From Nitrospirales bacterium (lineage in GTDB: Bacteria > Nitrospirota > Nitrospiria > Nitrospirales > UBA8639), in the NCBI GenBank assembly GCA_965203295.1, contig CBDBCZ010000010.1, forward strand, positions 375,366 to 439,365: a DNA stretch of 64,000 nucleotides. Reading direction: 5' to 3'. The position numbers and the translations under genes were made by a program. Positions within the stretch are counted from its first letter, which is position 1. The number at the start of each line of letters is the position of its first letter. Positions 24,363 through 36,590 of the stretch are shown piece by piece. The notes below the pieces were generated by a model that saw only the letters and a list, made by a program, of their open reading frames with translations, did no database searches and was not told the DNA's origin.

Positions 24363-25586
24363 CAGTGGACCCTCACTTGTGCGGACCCCGAATATCCGGC
24401 TGCTTGGATTAGCTGTTGATTTTCTAATTAATGCCCACATTGTACATGTGCATGCAAAGTGGCTAGTTCTTCATAGTGTTTAGTGAAAAAAAGCATACCA
24501 TTGTCTCCCTGGAGACCAAACTAGCTATTCTAGATTGTTTGGAAAAAGGAGAAACTCAACCCTGCTCGCTAACGAATATGGAATCGGAAAGTCTACAGTT
24601 GCCGACACAAAGAAAAGCAAAGAGAAAATTCATTTGCCGCTACGATGGGCAGCTTGGGCATGAGTAAGAAGCGCAAGGTGATGCGACAAGCTGACAATGA
24701 TAAACTCAACCAAGCTCTCTTCGTATGGTTTGTGCAGAAACGAAGCCAAAACCTACCAGTAAGTTGTCCTGTTTTGTGTGAGAAAGCTAGGAGTATGCGT
24801 GCACAGATCCACACGGAAGAGTCTGTGCCGCCTTTCAACTCTTTACCAACCAATGACGCATATATGCGTCATGAGCTCCCATAAGCCAATAAGAATTTAT
24901 ATAGGGGTTTTAATACTAGGCGTTAATACTTTGTACAGGCTTTTCTGCTTCTTTAAGCTGTTTCTTATGGTTGGTAAAGGGTTAATTGAAGTGAGCAGAG
25001 GTTGGCTTTGGCAATTTTGCATCCACCATGGTGTCAGACAGCTATCCTTACAAGGAGAGAAGCTTTCTTTTGATACTACTGCACTGGAGCCTTCTAAGGA
25101 GCAGCTGCAAAAGCTTTTTTATAGAGAGGGAGAACCTTACACTAGAAATATTTACAACTGATGAAACGGGCTTGTGCTATAGGATGCTGCCTAATAAAAC
25201 CCTGACTGCTCGATCCAAGAAAGAAGCAGCTGGCATGAAAAAGTGGAAGGAGAGTGCCATTTTCATGGCTTGTTCTAATGCTATGGGATCACACAAGCTC
25301 CCATCAATGCTTGTCGGCAAGGCTGCCAACCCGCACTGCTAGCAAGTTAACAGAAGTGCCCTACATGTCGTATGTTATTCCAAGATAAATGCATGGGTAA
25401 AATGGGACCTCTTTAATGATTGGTTTCACAAGCAATTTGTTCCGGCTGTCAAGAAGCACATGAGGGAGAAAAACTTGCCAGTTAAAGCTTTACTCCTGCT
25501 TGACAATGGCCCTGTCCATCCCAATTCAGCCGGTTTAGTGAGCCCGAAGGGAGACATCAAAGCAATGTCTCTTCCTGCTAACACTG
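24363..25586 (+). mobile_element. Degenerate, 3'-truncated Tigger/pogo (Jerky-like) transposon
   Basis: TA|CAGTGGACCCTC terminus. CENP-B-type HTH segments (VSLETKLAIL, DKLNQALFVWFVQKRSQNLPVS, SRGWL) and DDE motifs DETGL, MACSNAMGSHKLP, ALLLLDNGPVHP, LPANT. Confidence 0.9.
24839..24981. mobile_element. 143-bp piggyBac-like MITE inside the Tigger ORF
   Basis: TCAA|CTCTTTACCAACCA ... TGGTTGGTAAAGGG|TTAA with a TGACGCATATATGCGTCA palindrome. Related fragments at ~6585-6636, ~29290-29353 and ~35290-35348. Confidence 0.8.
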
Positions 25587-25852
25587 CCTGCAAATGGCAA
25601 GAGGCATTCCTCAAGCTAGATATAGACCAAAATTCAGGTAGTGCAAGCCAAACGAGCTCCTTTATCATCGGTACAGCTAGCTGAAATTGGCAAAAACCTG
25701 GAACAAAATGTCACCTTTTTTTGCAAAGTAAATCATCAACTCACAACTACCTTCGTTTGCTGTAGCTTGGCCTTCAAACCTCCAAAAGCTGCTATATACT
25801 GCAGTTGCATAGTAATGTATGACGTAACATATTGTGCGCGTGCTCCGGCTGG

Positions 25853-26270
25853 TAAAAAAGGTGAAACCAAAGATAGTGAAACATTATGCGAATGTCTCCA
25901 AAACTGAATGCTGCTTTGTTTGCCCTTTTAAATCGTACATGCAGAAGTTGCCCAGCGGATCGCCCAAACAATGCCTTCTATCTGCAGCCTCTCCAGAAAC
26001 CAACCCCAGATTGCTGGTATTCAGCAAGACTCCTTGGTCACCACTCCCTAGGGTAAACTGTCGCTCGTCTTTGCAAAACTCCAGGCATTTTTAGGATTCA
26101 AAACGAATCATTCACTGCGAGCCACAGCTGCCACCAGACTTTACCAATCTGGTGTAGACGAATAGCTAGTCATGGAGAGGACTGGCCATCGATGTGTGGA
26201 GGGCGTTAGGAGCTACAAAAGAACATCTGATCAGCAATCTGAGACCCTATTTGACACCTTGAACTGCTCA
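25853..26270 (+). pseudogene. Crypton (DUF3504-type) tyrosine recombinase C-terminal fragment
   Basis: Manual translation: KVKPKIVKHYAN..., DRPNNAFYLQPLQKPTPDCWYSARLLGHHSL..., GFKTNHSLRATAATRLYQSGVDE*LVMERTGHRCVEGVRSYKR, containing the HxxR, GH and Y catalytic motifs. Confidence 0.9.
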
Positions 26271-26504
26271 TGTTCACCTTTAACTCGTGTGCATCTGTAA
26301 CCATTCATCTACAAGTTTAACAAACTAGAATGACTGCCTACAAACACAGCAAACCAGGAGCATATATTACTGCAATACACAATGACTTTATCTCATGCTA
26401 TAACAATCATTACAATCACTGTGACAATCAATACTCTTGGCAAAAACATGTTTGGGGTAGCTAGACAGTCTATACCCTAAAGGATGGTTTCTATAATGCA
26501 CATA

Positions 26505-27083
26505 CCGTAGACTCGGGATAATAAGCACCGGTGCCTATTTTCGAAATTAGTAGCCTGAATGGGTGCTTATACTTGTGGGGTACTTTGACTCGCAATATAT
26601 ACAATCGTAGTACGCTCCTTGGAGCACGGTACTAGCTGACTTTTATACTACACGTATGAATAGGCTTATGGGTTTAGCACAGATTGTCTTATATACTGAG
26701 TCTGTGACCACACAGCTGGCAAGAAGCACTCAAACTACTGTGAAGAAGGCGGTGTTCCTGGACAAGGTGGCCTTAACTTAAATGAATTCAATTGGACTAC
26801 TGACCTTCTGATCAATCATAGTTGCACGTGGCGCACACTTGCACTTTCTAGTTCTATACTGCTCTCAGCTACTAGCTAGTATAGGCAGAGGCTTCCAGCT
26901 GTAAAAGGTGCTCTTTTCCTGGTAAGTGCTGCAGGTATATAGAGGCTATGAGTGCCTATTCATGTAGGGTGCCTATTCTTGTACGGGTGCTGATAATCGG
27001 GATATAGTTGTTGTAATCTATTTGGGTATTTATATTCATAGGGTGCTTATTTTGTATGGTTGCCTATTATCCCGATTCTACGG
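26505..27083. mobile_element. TA-flanked pogo/Tc1-mariner-type MITE
   Basis: TA|CCGTAGACTCGGGATAATAAGCA ... TGCCTATTATCCCGATTCTACGG|TA. Confidence 0.9.
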
Positions 27084-27632
27084 TAGGATTCTATGAGAAT
27101 GGAAACCGTCTTGCATCGAATCACATTTCAGCATTTAGTATAGATGTGTTCTAAGATCTGAAATCATCAACAGTTCTGTTGTAAAATTCCTGCCGAGTTA
27201 GTGGCACAGTTGTTATTGCAACCACACTACACTACTTTATGTGTAGCTGCCTTCATCGTCACATTTGGCGATGAAAAGCTTAGCCACTTTCTGTCACTAT
27301 TGTGCTGTATAGATTGTAACCAATGGCCCAGTATTTCTGCAGGGGCTCAAATATATGGTTGCCATTGAATTCTACTTTTGAATACTTTATTACAAGTACA
27401 CAGTCTCATTCCCAGCCCTATACATTAGAAAGGTGGTCTGGTTCCCAGTATATTAACCGCAGCATTACTTCACCGGTCCCAGATCTGGACCACAATGTGA
27501 TTGGCTGATGATAGCTAGTATTATATCACCAAACAGAATATCCGTAGTGTCCATGTGGATACTGTACCTTAACTGTGACATTCGTTTGGTATTATAACAC
27601 TGCCCCAATTTTGAATGTACAGGGCACCAGAC

Positions 27633-28958
27633 CATAGATAGTAGAGTAGAAGGAAAGGGATTGGAAACTTCATTAACACGTTTGCTATAGTGTACACATT
27701 TTATATGTAACTTATGGTGTGCACATGCGTGTTTGGAATTTCTCACTTCTACGTGTGATTTAAAGCATGAAGCAACCTTATGGTATAGAGGACAAGAGAA
27801 CTGTCTGAGAAAGGAATTGGGGAGGAGGAAGAGACAGAAGTGTTCTTACACTGAATCATGGAGCAGATGAAGTCACAAGAAGGTAGGACATGTGATTTGT
27901 GTAGCCATTATGGTTTGTATTGCATCCATAGGGCATACACTCAGGTATGAAAGTGAAGGGTTCGGTGTTAGCTGCCATTAGGGAGGCTTTCTGTACCCAT
28001 AACTACTAGTGGAAGCATAAAATATTATGTTTTACTAGATTTTCTGAATCTCCTAGGCATGATATCTGTACTTGGATACAAAAGAGCTGGATTAATTGAG
28101 TTTGAGAGAATTTACGGTCACTTTCATGTGAAAATATGGCTACCAATGAGAGGATACTTTCCGTACCTCTTGATGCCCCTACAATAGCATTGGGGTACAG
28201 TTTTCCACATTTTTCACAACTTCCATTGTAGTTATCTGTACTTCAGTAGGAAATTGCTTGGTTCCACTGGCATACATGGAATTACACCACTCTACATCTA
28301 CCACGCTCGAAGCTAGTCCAGTTGTACTCACATAATGCCTATATGTTGTGCTATGCAATAGTTCAGTATTTTGGCCATTACACACAATCAACTTAACTCT
28401 TTCTGCTCTTTTACTGTCAGATGCCAAATTAATTCATCGAAAGAGGTATTACCTGAAGTCTACAGCTCCACCGCAGACCTTATAGTCTCCATCCCACTCG
28501 AGAAACTCAGTTCTCCATGCAGTTGGTAGCTTGATAGTATCAATTCCATTGACCCAGTACTAGCAAGTCAGAGTTCAAGCTATTACCAGTCTAAATGACA
28601 GTGCTACTACTACCCATGCACTGAAACAGAGCTAGGCCCATGGTCCTGGAACAAATCAGGAGTTTGTCTTGGAAATTATATGGAAACGACAAAGTGCCTG
28701 AAAGTGTCTGATGCCCTGACATAGTCTGTGACTGTTTTCGACAAAGAAACACTAATAGAAGTACTAGATGTACATGTATAATTTTGATTTGTAATATGGC
28801 TGTTGAATAAGACTGACTATATATATATGAGCTACATCATTAGGAATAGGTTTAGTTACAAGTACATGAAGCCACGCAGTTACAAACACGCATAGAAAGT
28901 GTTAATTAGGTGTGAACGGGTAGTTTCCAATCCCTTTCCTTCTACTCTACTATCTATG
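27633..28958. mobile_element. Non-autonomous P-element-like transposon
   Basis: Perfect 37-bp TIR CATAGATAGTAGAGTAGAAGGAAAGGGATTGGAAACT and 7-bp TSD ACCAGAC (27626-27632 and 28959-28965). CATAG ends with a 7-bp TSD fit the P superfamily. Confidence 0.85.
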
Positions 28959-30109
28959 ACCAGACCCACCTTTCTGACGTTGACCTTGGCACGAGACTAT
29001 CCAGTACAACGACCCTGTACAAACCTCAAAGCAACTACTTTTTGATTTGGCCATGACCTTTTCCTTACAAAGTTTACAATCAGGTGTTTTTAGATTATAA
29101 GAAATTGAACATTGCTAATAAAAATGATCAACTCACTCCTACCCACCATTTTACACCAAATCAGAAGACATAAGACTCAAATTCAGCGTTTACACTTGTG
29201 TTACAGTAAACGTGGTAAGCACACTTCAAAACTAACAATTAACTGGCTAAACCTGGAGTATTCATAGTGGGTGAACAAGATAAATATGGCCTTTACCAAC
29301 CATAAGAAACAGCTTAAAGAAGCAGAAAAGCCTGTACAAAGTATTAACACCTAATGTGACCGGATTCGCGAAAAGGGACCACATTGTGCAAATATTGATT
29401 TTGAGTTATAAAGCATTTTAGTGACCCAGGTATGTTTTCAGCCAAAGTACGATTTTGGCATGAATGGGTCCACAGGACCTTAGGCTACAAGAAACTGAAG
29501 TATGAAGCCTGGCTCTACTGCCATTAGGGCGCTATAAGCCCAAACTCACGGCCATATTATCGTAGTAAGTTAGTATACGAAACGCATTGCTTTGTGTGTA
29601 CTGCGGATTTTGATTTCGTTTGAACGTTTCCGGTGCTGATCTCGCGAACAGGAAAGCACAAGCACGTGCTGTGCACTAGCTCTAACAAGCAGCACTCAAA
29701 CTCGCGCTCGACCTGTCAGATTATTGAGCTTAATAGTCTACAGCTTCCGGGCGTTTTACTTGTGCAATGCATGGTGGGGACAGCAGTCATATTTTGCCGC
29801 CAGCAGCTGGAAACTCCTACTACATTCAAGCGGCATCTTCAACTCTTCCGTTGCTCCAGGTAGTTTAGATCTTGTGGACGGTGCTGGCCTATAGTACTAG
29901 AAACCTGAATATACGTATCTTCATAAGCAAGACCTACTGCACTGGCAATGGTGTGACATAAATGAATTAATGACTTCGTAGAATTAACATTTTCTTGTAC
30001 AGTGTGCCATGAAGAGTACAGCTATTAATGTTGCTTACCAGTTGCCTGTTGTTGACCTTACTCGGCAACAGTGCCCACACTCAGTTCTCAGAAAGCTAAG
30101 GCATATTTT

Positions 30110-31419
30110 TATTCACTGAACATTGTAAATCGTAAGAAGGCGGAGTTTGTTGTTCAGACGCTTTGAATGAATGACCAATTTGCATTGCTTGATAATTTAA
30201 AGGCCAAGTTGAAGGATGAGTGCAAAGACAAAGTAGCTGCCAAGATTGACCAGTTCGGGTATATTGAACCATGGCATGGCCTTAGAGGTAAACAAAGGTG
30301 GCTTGACAGTGATGAAGATTTAGAGGAAATGTATGTGAAATTCCGTGGAAAGGAGATCACATTATGGTGTTTCGGAAAAGATGAAACCCCCATAAATGAC
30401 CACACTCACCTGATAAGAAAAACCAGTCTAAAAAGTACCTCAATCTGGTCGTTATGAGTTTACTAGAAAAATGACTGAGGTGGAATATATAGAGCTGAAA
30501 CAGTGGGAAAAGCATGAAGGACAATATACGGAAGAGCAGTTAACTCATTGCACGCCGTAATTACGTCACGCGCGTGATGCTCCACGCTATAATTTCTACA
30601 ATAATGGCGTACTAAAAGTTTTAGCTCAGTGTTTGGCTATTTTTGTGCTTACCAAGTCAAGTATCCAGCGAATTCTGCGTTCTACTTGTTAGAAGACTAT
30701 CGGATACAGCCATTGAAGGCAAAAAGGGCGGCGGATTGGATCCAAGAAGGGCTTCAGGAGCGATAACCGGATACACGGTAAGTTCGATACGAAACTGTTG
30801 TCTTCACGCTCAGGCGGCAAAGAACGATGGTCCTACTGAAGCTCCCGACTCTCCCCTGAACCAGTTACTATCGTATCCGCCAGTGAAGTTGACTACAGAG
30901 CCCAACTAACTGCGTAGCAATGTAGGTAGCCATAGCTAGCCGTCTTGATCGGTTGTATATTTTGCCGTATATATCCGTTCTATTACAGATTAGATCGACT
31001 TTCGGCACACTTACATCATTATTAGTAATCACTCTATTCAATTTTATGGCTAATAAAGGAAGGGGTTGCCCCTCCTGGCCGTACAGATAACTTGCCGTTT
31101 CTAAAGCCACTATAAAGCCACTATAGTGGCTTGTGGCGTAGCGGAAGGATTACGTAATATCCAGTTAAGTGGCGTACGGCGTGCAATGAGTTAAGGGCAT
31201 GGGCTCATCTTGTTCAACTTGAAAAACACACTTTTATGGACGTCCCTGCCGATAGACCTTTTTGGAGAGCCTTCTCCTGGAAAATGTGTCCAGATGTGGG
31301 GTCAGTGTGTTGACAAGCTCCTGAAATGGCACGAATTACTTGAAAAAGGGGGCATTAATCAGCGACAGTACGATGATATAAAGGCTACAGTAATGACCCA
31401 GATACACAACAAGCATTAA
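30110..31419 (+). pseudogene. Unknown protein (PB1-like N-terminus, SHOCT-like C-terminus), paralog A, MITE-disrupted
   Basis: FGYIEPWHGLRGKQRWLDSDEDLEEMY...ITLWC; EKHEGQYTEEQL|RAWAHLVQLEKHTFMDVPADRPFW (rejoined across the TTAA MITE); SPGKCVQM...KWHELLEKGGINQRQYDDIK. Collinear with 34040-34830. Confidence 0.7.
30544..31190. mobile_element. piggyBac-like MITE (CTCATTGCACGC TIR family)
   Basis: TTAA (30540-30543) CTCATTGCACGCCGTA ... TACGGCGTGCAATGAG TTAA (31191-31194): perfect 16-bp TIR. Confidence 0.92.
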
Positions 31420-31539
31420 TAAACTTTTCAACATAGTCGTGCAGTGAAATAATTATACATATCGTGGTGAAAGTTAGTAATGATTGTACTACCATGTGTT
31501 GGCAATATTGACACTGTGATAACTCAGTGTATTCAATGT

Positions 31540-32960
31540 TTATGTATACCCAGAGTCTGAAATCCATGCGTTGCAATGTTCTGAGGTTATAGCATCAAAT
31601 CCTGCTTTAACCAATGCACAGGGGTTAGGAAATGCATCTCTGATGTCTTCATGTTTCTTGAGGTAGCTTTTAACATACCCAAACACGCACTCAGTTGGAT
31701 TGTAAACTGGGCTATATAGAGGCAGGAATAGTAGTAGAATGCCTGCTTCTTGAAACAATGTAGTAACAGCTGCAACATGACATATCGAACAGTTGTCCAT
31801 GATAGCAACTGACATGGGACTGCAGCCATGTTGCATCTGAGGGATCAATGTTCCTCGTACAAGTCAAAAAATATATCTCCATTTACAGTCCCAGTTGTGA
31901 ATTCAATGTCTTAGATTCCTTCACATGACATAGCAGCTATACCGTCTGTATTCTATTATTACGCAAGAAATTGTGATTCTAGGAATTTATCATGAATCTA
32001 ATGTAGCGCAAGTCCATCATTAATTATTTTAAGCTGAATCCAATCTAACGCAAGAGGTGTACAACTCCAGGAAATATACTTTGTAAATTGCATTATAAAC
32101 TATTAGCTAAAACAACTGTTACTCAGTGAAGTCACAAATCCTCTGAGTCTTCACTAAATGGCTCTTCTGAGTCTTCCGGGTCTTGCCACCTATCAAAATT
32201 CTGGTGAAACCTCAAGCTTACCTCTTGAAAAAACTTGCTTCTTTCAAAGTGACTAAACCACTCATTTACAACGCATGATCTATAATCTAGCGCAAGAAAT
32301 TCTATTGCAGGATTTTTCAATGGATCTAATTTAGTGCAAACAAAACTGAAATTAATTTATTTGCTTGCGTAATAATAGAATAAAGACGGTAACTGAAATT
32401 CTTTGGCCTCGCACCAGTAGAACCCTGCTGACTGTTCTTTCGCCACAAATGAAATGGCCGTAGGTTCGCAGGCAATCCTTGCTATTACACCCCCTCTCAT
32501 CAATCCAAACCAGCATATCCCTATTTAAGAATATAACATCAGCTATGAATTTTCCTTGAAGATTATCATTCCTTTGACTGGCTACATGCTGGATTCGTTT
32601 TCTTGTAAATCCATACCTTGAAAGTAGTTTACACAGAGGTGATACAGACACCTCTGTACCACTAATCTCCTGTATCTTACTGCACATTTCACTAAGCTGC
32701 ATGGTTGGATTGGCAAAGACTAGCCCCACAACATACAGTTCATGGTGATCATTCGTCTTCCTCAGTTCCTTTCTTTTTGGAGCTGGTTTGGATTTACCTC
32801 ACCAGTATCTTCAAACCTCTTGAAAATATTGTGAGCTGTGCCAGCAGACAAGCTCAAGTTAGAAGCAATGGCTCTTAGGGTCAGATGAAGTGCAAGGCGC
32901 TGCCAGACAACTGTCCACCTTAGGTCAACAGAGTTAGCAGTCTTTCTTCCAGGTTTTTTC
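31540..32960 (-). pseudogene. IS630/Tc1-like DD34E transposase, degenerate
   Basis: N-terminal HTH (SVDLRWTVVW...IASNLSLSAGTAHNIFKRF), VWIDERG, AIMDNCSICH and FLPLYSPVYNPTE, with 34 residues between the second D and E. RISV|IAAMS is restored after removing the MITE. Confidence 0.9.
31942..32389. mobile_element. TA-flanked MITE inside the IS630-like transposase
   Basis: TA|CCGTCTGTATTCTATTATTACGCAAG ... CTTGCGTAATAATAGAATAAAGACGG|TA. Confidence 0.92.
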
Positions 32961-34039
32961 GACCTGACTTTGAATTTCCCGCGCTGATCGGTCGCACCAT
33001 CCACAATTAATTGCATAAAACCATACGCAGAACAGAACGCGGAAGACAGATACCAGATACCGTGTTCAATTGGAATCAAAATCAGCAGTACTAGACGCTG
33101 TTACAGCAAGCGGTACCTTTTTACACAGTCTGCTTAGCATCCTTCATCTCTCTCTTCTCTCTTCAACATACCAGAGTCTCCGTTTGCCGTAAGTAAGGCG
33201 GCTAGGTGGGTGAAGCTACGTACTAAGTGCATTCATGATACGGATAGTACACGGAAGTACGAAATACCATATATAGCAACGTCAAACCTTGTGATTACGC
33301 GAAACATTAGTTTTCGTACTGTGTTAGCGTTTCGGGCTGTATCTCGGGAACTGAGAGTCCGATCGACACCAAATTTCGAAGACAAACCCGCCAGAAGGTA
33401 AACTGAGGCGTAACTCGAAATCGGTATCTGTGGTTAGTTTAATAGTGTAGGAGGCTAATCAACTTCAGTGCAAAATATTTTGACCCATAAAAAAATAATG
33501 GTGTCTAACCCTGGCTCTGTGATGACGCAACCATTCCATTTCAGAACTTACAACTGAAAGACGCACTAATCTTCTCTGGACTTAGACGGAGCAGTGCAAC
33601 TCTGTTGAGTGATCGTACACGACTAAGAGCCACATAAGCAATCCCTTACTCAGACACATGTGGCCCCAGTCAATCACTGCAGCAGCTAAAGCATCAGCTG
33701 CTACAGGTTTAGCTACTGACGTTGACTAGCAATGGACTCGACTAGCAATCCCCACGATGTCCCACCACAGAACCTTCCTGGGGATGAATATATCGCTCTG
33801 GTTACTGGGACTACTCCTACTGCAGCCGGATGAGTTTACCCCCATGGCAGTGCGCACTTCAAGGAATGGCAGACCAGGCTGAGCCAGAGTGTATTGAAAT
33901 CGATGTAAGTTGACAAACGACTAATTCCAATTAATGCCCACCTACTTAGTTAACATCTCCGTGACCATTATTACCTGCAGTGTGCCTCACAGAAGCTCCA
34001 TAGCCACTAAAATGAGCATCCCAGGTATCCCTGCTCGTT

Positions 34040-34830
34040 ATCGCTACTTGGTCGAAGGTGACAACCCTCACTGGAAAAAAAATTTTCATGTAGAGCCACT
34101 CAAGAGATCCAACAAGTCTACAGCAATTGATACTACGAAAGAAGGGCCGTTAGAGCTTGTAGGAATGAGAGGTGGAAGACGTTGGTTATATCTCACCGGG
34201 ACAGGCAAGCAGAATATTTTGCAAACAGATGATGACTTGAATTAGATGTATGAAGAGTACAGAAACAAGCGGGAAATCCTACTGTGGTGCCATGCTATCT
34301 CTGAATAAAACCAAGGGAGACTCAACAGAGAAAAATAATCTTAAGTCTGGAAAGCATAGTCGATCACTTGGCCATTGTGATACCCAGAGTGCACCTAGCA
34401 CAAAACGGGAAGCATGCCGACAAAAGATTGATGATGTTGAAAGCATTGTTTTAAAGCTCAAGGAGAAACATGATACAAAATACAGCGTTGAACAATTTAG
34501 TGCATGGGTACACATGACTCAACTCGGTAATAATTCTTCCTTTGAAGCTCCTCCCGACCTTCCGTACTTTGTAAAGCGTCGTCAGAGTACAGCAATGCAC
34601 AGCAGGGCAGTTCATCTTCATCTGTACAACTGGGTAGCTCATCCTCATCTACACAACAGTCACCAAACCAGACCTGTGATCGTTCTCCTGGTAAACGTAT
34701 CCACCTTCGCACTGAGTGTAGTAGTCAGCTAGATTGTTGGCATGCTCTTCTTGAGAAGGGTGGGATTAACCTCAACCGGTACAAAACACTGAAGAAAACT
34801 ATTTTTAGCGACATGTTTGGAGACTCTCAG
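34040..34830 (+). pseudogene. Unknown protein (PB1-like/SHOCT-like), paralog B
   Basis: DVGYISPG..GKQNILQTDDDLN*MYEEY..EILLWC; LKEKHDTKYSVEQFSAWVHMTQLG..PPDLPYF; SPGKRIHLRTECSSQLDCWHALLEKGGINLNRYKTLKK. Contains a stop and frameshifts. Confidence 0.7.
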
Positions 34831-35348
34831 AAGTAGCTATAACGATAGACCTAACCCTAGCTACAGACCTCTTCTGGAGATGACAAGTATTATGCAGTCG
34901 GTTGGTTTCACTGAAAGAGTTCAGCTGCTTTCTTGCATACGCCACTCAGCCACATGTATGACGACTGATCAGGGTGCAGAGGAACGATGTCTTAACCCAA
35001 ACTGAACTTGTTCATTTAGAAACCACACCTTATGATGCGAAGATACCCATTGAGGTGTCTCCTGCAGTCCAGTGATATGTGCCACCACTATCTTTTCTTT
35101 ATTTATTGAAGTGGTACCTGCTGCGCCCTTTGTGAAAGTGTCAATTTGTTCTTTATGTTATGTACCCAACTCCTTGTCGCTGAAATTCACCCGTGGACTG
35201 TTGGTATGGAGCAATAATTATGCGGATGAATATTTGCCATTTCTTCTTTCCTCCATTTACATCATCCTGGGTGAAGTAGACTTTGCTTACCCACTACCAC
35301 CCATAAGAAACAGCTTGAAGAAGCAGAATTGCCTGTACTAAGTATTAA

Positions 35349-35870
35349 CTCATTGCATGCCACGGGCCACTTTATTGGCCTTTACTAACGCTTCCGCTAC
35401 GCCACGGGCCATTAAAGTGGCCTTAGAAACGGCAAGTTCATTTAGCGGCCAGGAGGGGAAACCCCTTCCTTTATTAGCCATAAAATTGAGTGCAGTGATT
35501 ACTAATAGTGATGTAACTGTGCCGAAAATCGGTCTACTCAGTAATAGAACGGATATACACGGCAAAATATACAACCGATCAAGACGATTAGCTACGGCTA
35601 CCTACACTGCTACACAGTTAGTTACCCGTGCAAAAAATTTCACGACGAAGAGCGCTGTAGCGTGCTTCCTGCGCTTGGGCATGCAACGGCGCAGCAAAGC
35701 GGCTTCGGGCGTAACGCGGCAGCGCACACGCTTTGAAGCGCGACGCGCAGGGCGTGATGCACCGGCGCCGGCGCGCGCCCGAGGCACGGTACGTCGGCGC
35801 CAAGGCGCGATTTGGTAGGCGCGCTCCTAACTAGTACTAAGGCGCAGCTTGGCAGGCACGTACATGTACG
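35349..35870. mobile_element. Truncated CTCATTGC-family piggyBac-like element
   Basis: TTAA (35345-35348) CTCATTGCATGCC; ~35370-35625 is a reverse-complement homolog of ~30905-31150. No matching far terminus found. Confidence 0.7.
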
Positions 35871-35901
35871 GATAACGAGTCAATACCAAGAACTGAAAAA
35901 G

Positions 35902-36590
35902 TCAATCACAAGAAATCTTGCACGGAAAGAGGACAACATACGTTTTACAACGAACATCAGTACAAACACACTTATAAGAAATGCTCTCTGCTTTTATGAC
36001 AGTAGCTATACTACATCTTGTGACAACAGGATATATAATACCATTTAAAATACTAAAATCAAGTGGCAATTGAAAATGTTCAACAGCCTGTTCAGTTTTA
36101 AATTCATTAATGGTAGCAAATGGTATGCCATTAATAACAAAAAAGAATATAATCTCTCCAAAACGTAGCTGCTCAGTAGTTATACTGTTGTAAGCAACTG
36201 TATAACTATTTCGTTTTTTGACTCGCCCATACTTCCGGGAATAAAAAATTTCTGTGCAGAGTTGTAAGCGATAGAATACTTGTATTGTGCTAGGAACTCC
36301 TTGAATACCATGCCTATTGAGTTGCATTCTCATAGTGGATGTCACTTGAATGATGGAAACACCACCGACAATTGAGCATGCAGTATTGGGGATAATTTGT
36401 TTCTTCAACCTGTGAATGGAAAGAATGTTAATATGAAGCAAAACACCTCACAATACACATTGACTGTTGTTCACCTTTTCTGTCCAAAGAGCACATCAGA
36501 CACTGACCGTATTCTTAAGCTTTTTGCTGGTACTTTAATTGAGGGAAGAACTTGTGTCATGACATACGAAAAAGCCATCTGCAAATGCAA
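35902..36590 (-). pseudogene. C-terminal fragment of a CACTA/EnSpm-like transposase
   Basis: FYRL...IFYSRKYGRVKKRNSYTVAY...FGEIIFFF resembles the C-terminal region of animal CMC/EnSpm transposases. Catalytic core absent. Confidence 0.55.

Noticed and set aside
29355..29540. TIR-like start ATGTGACCGGATTCGCGAAAAGGG as the end of the IS630-like element
   Set aside because: No inverted partner was found in the window.
35357..35818. Apparently conserved small proteins shared by ORFs 35357, 30868, 30643 and 41623
   Set aside because: The similarity is DNA-level homology among copies of one non-coding MITE family, with no protein motifs.
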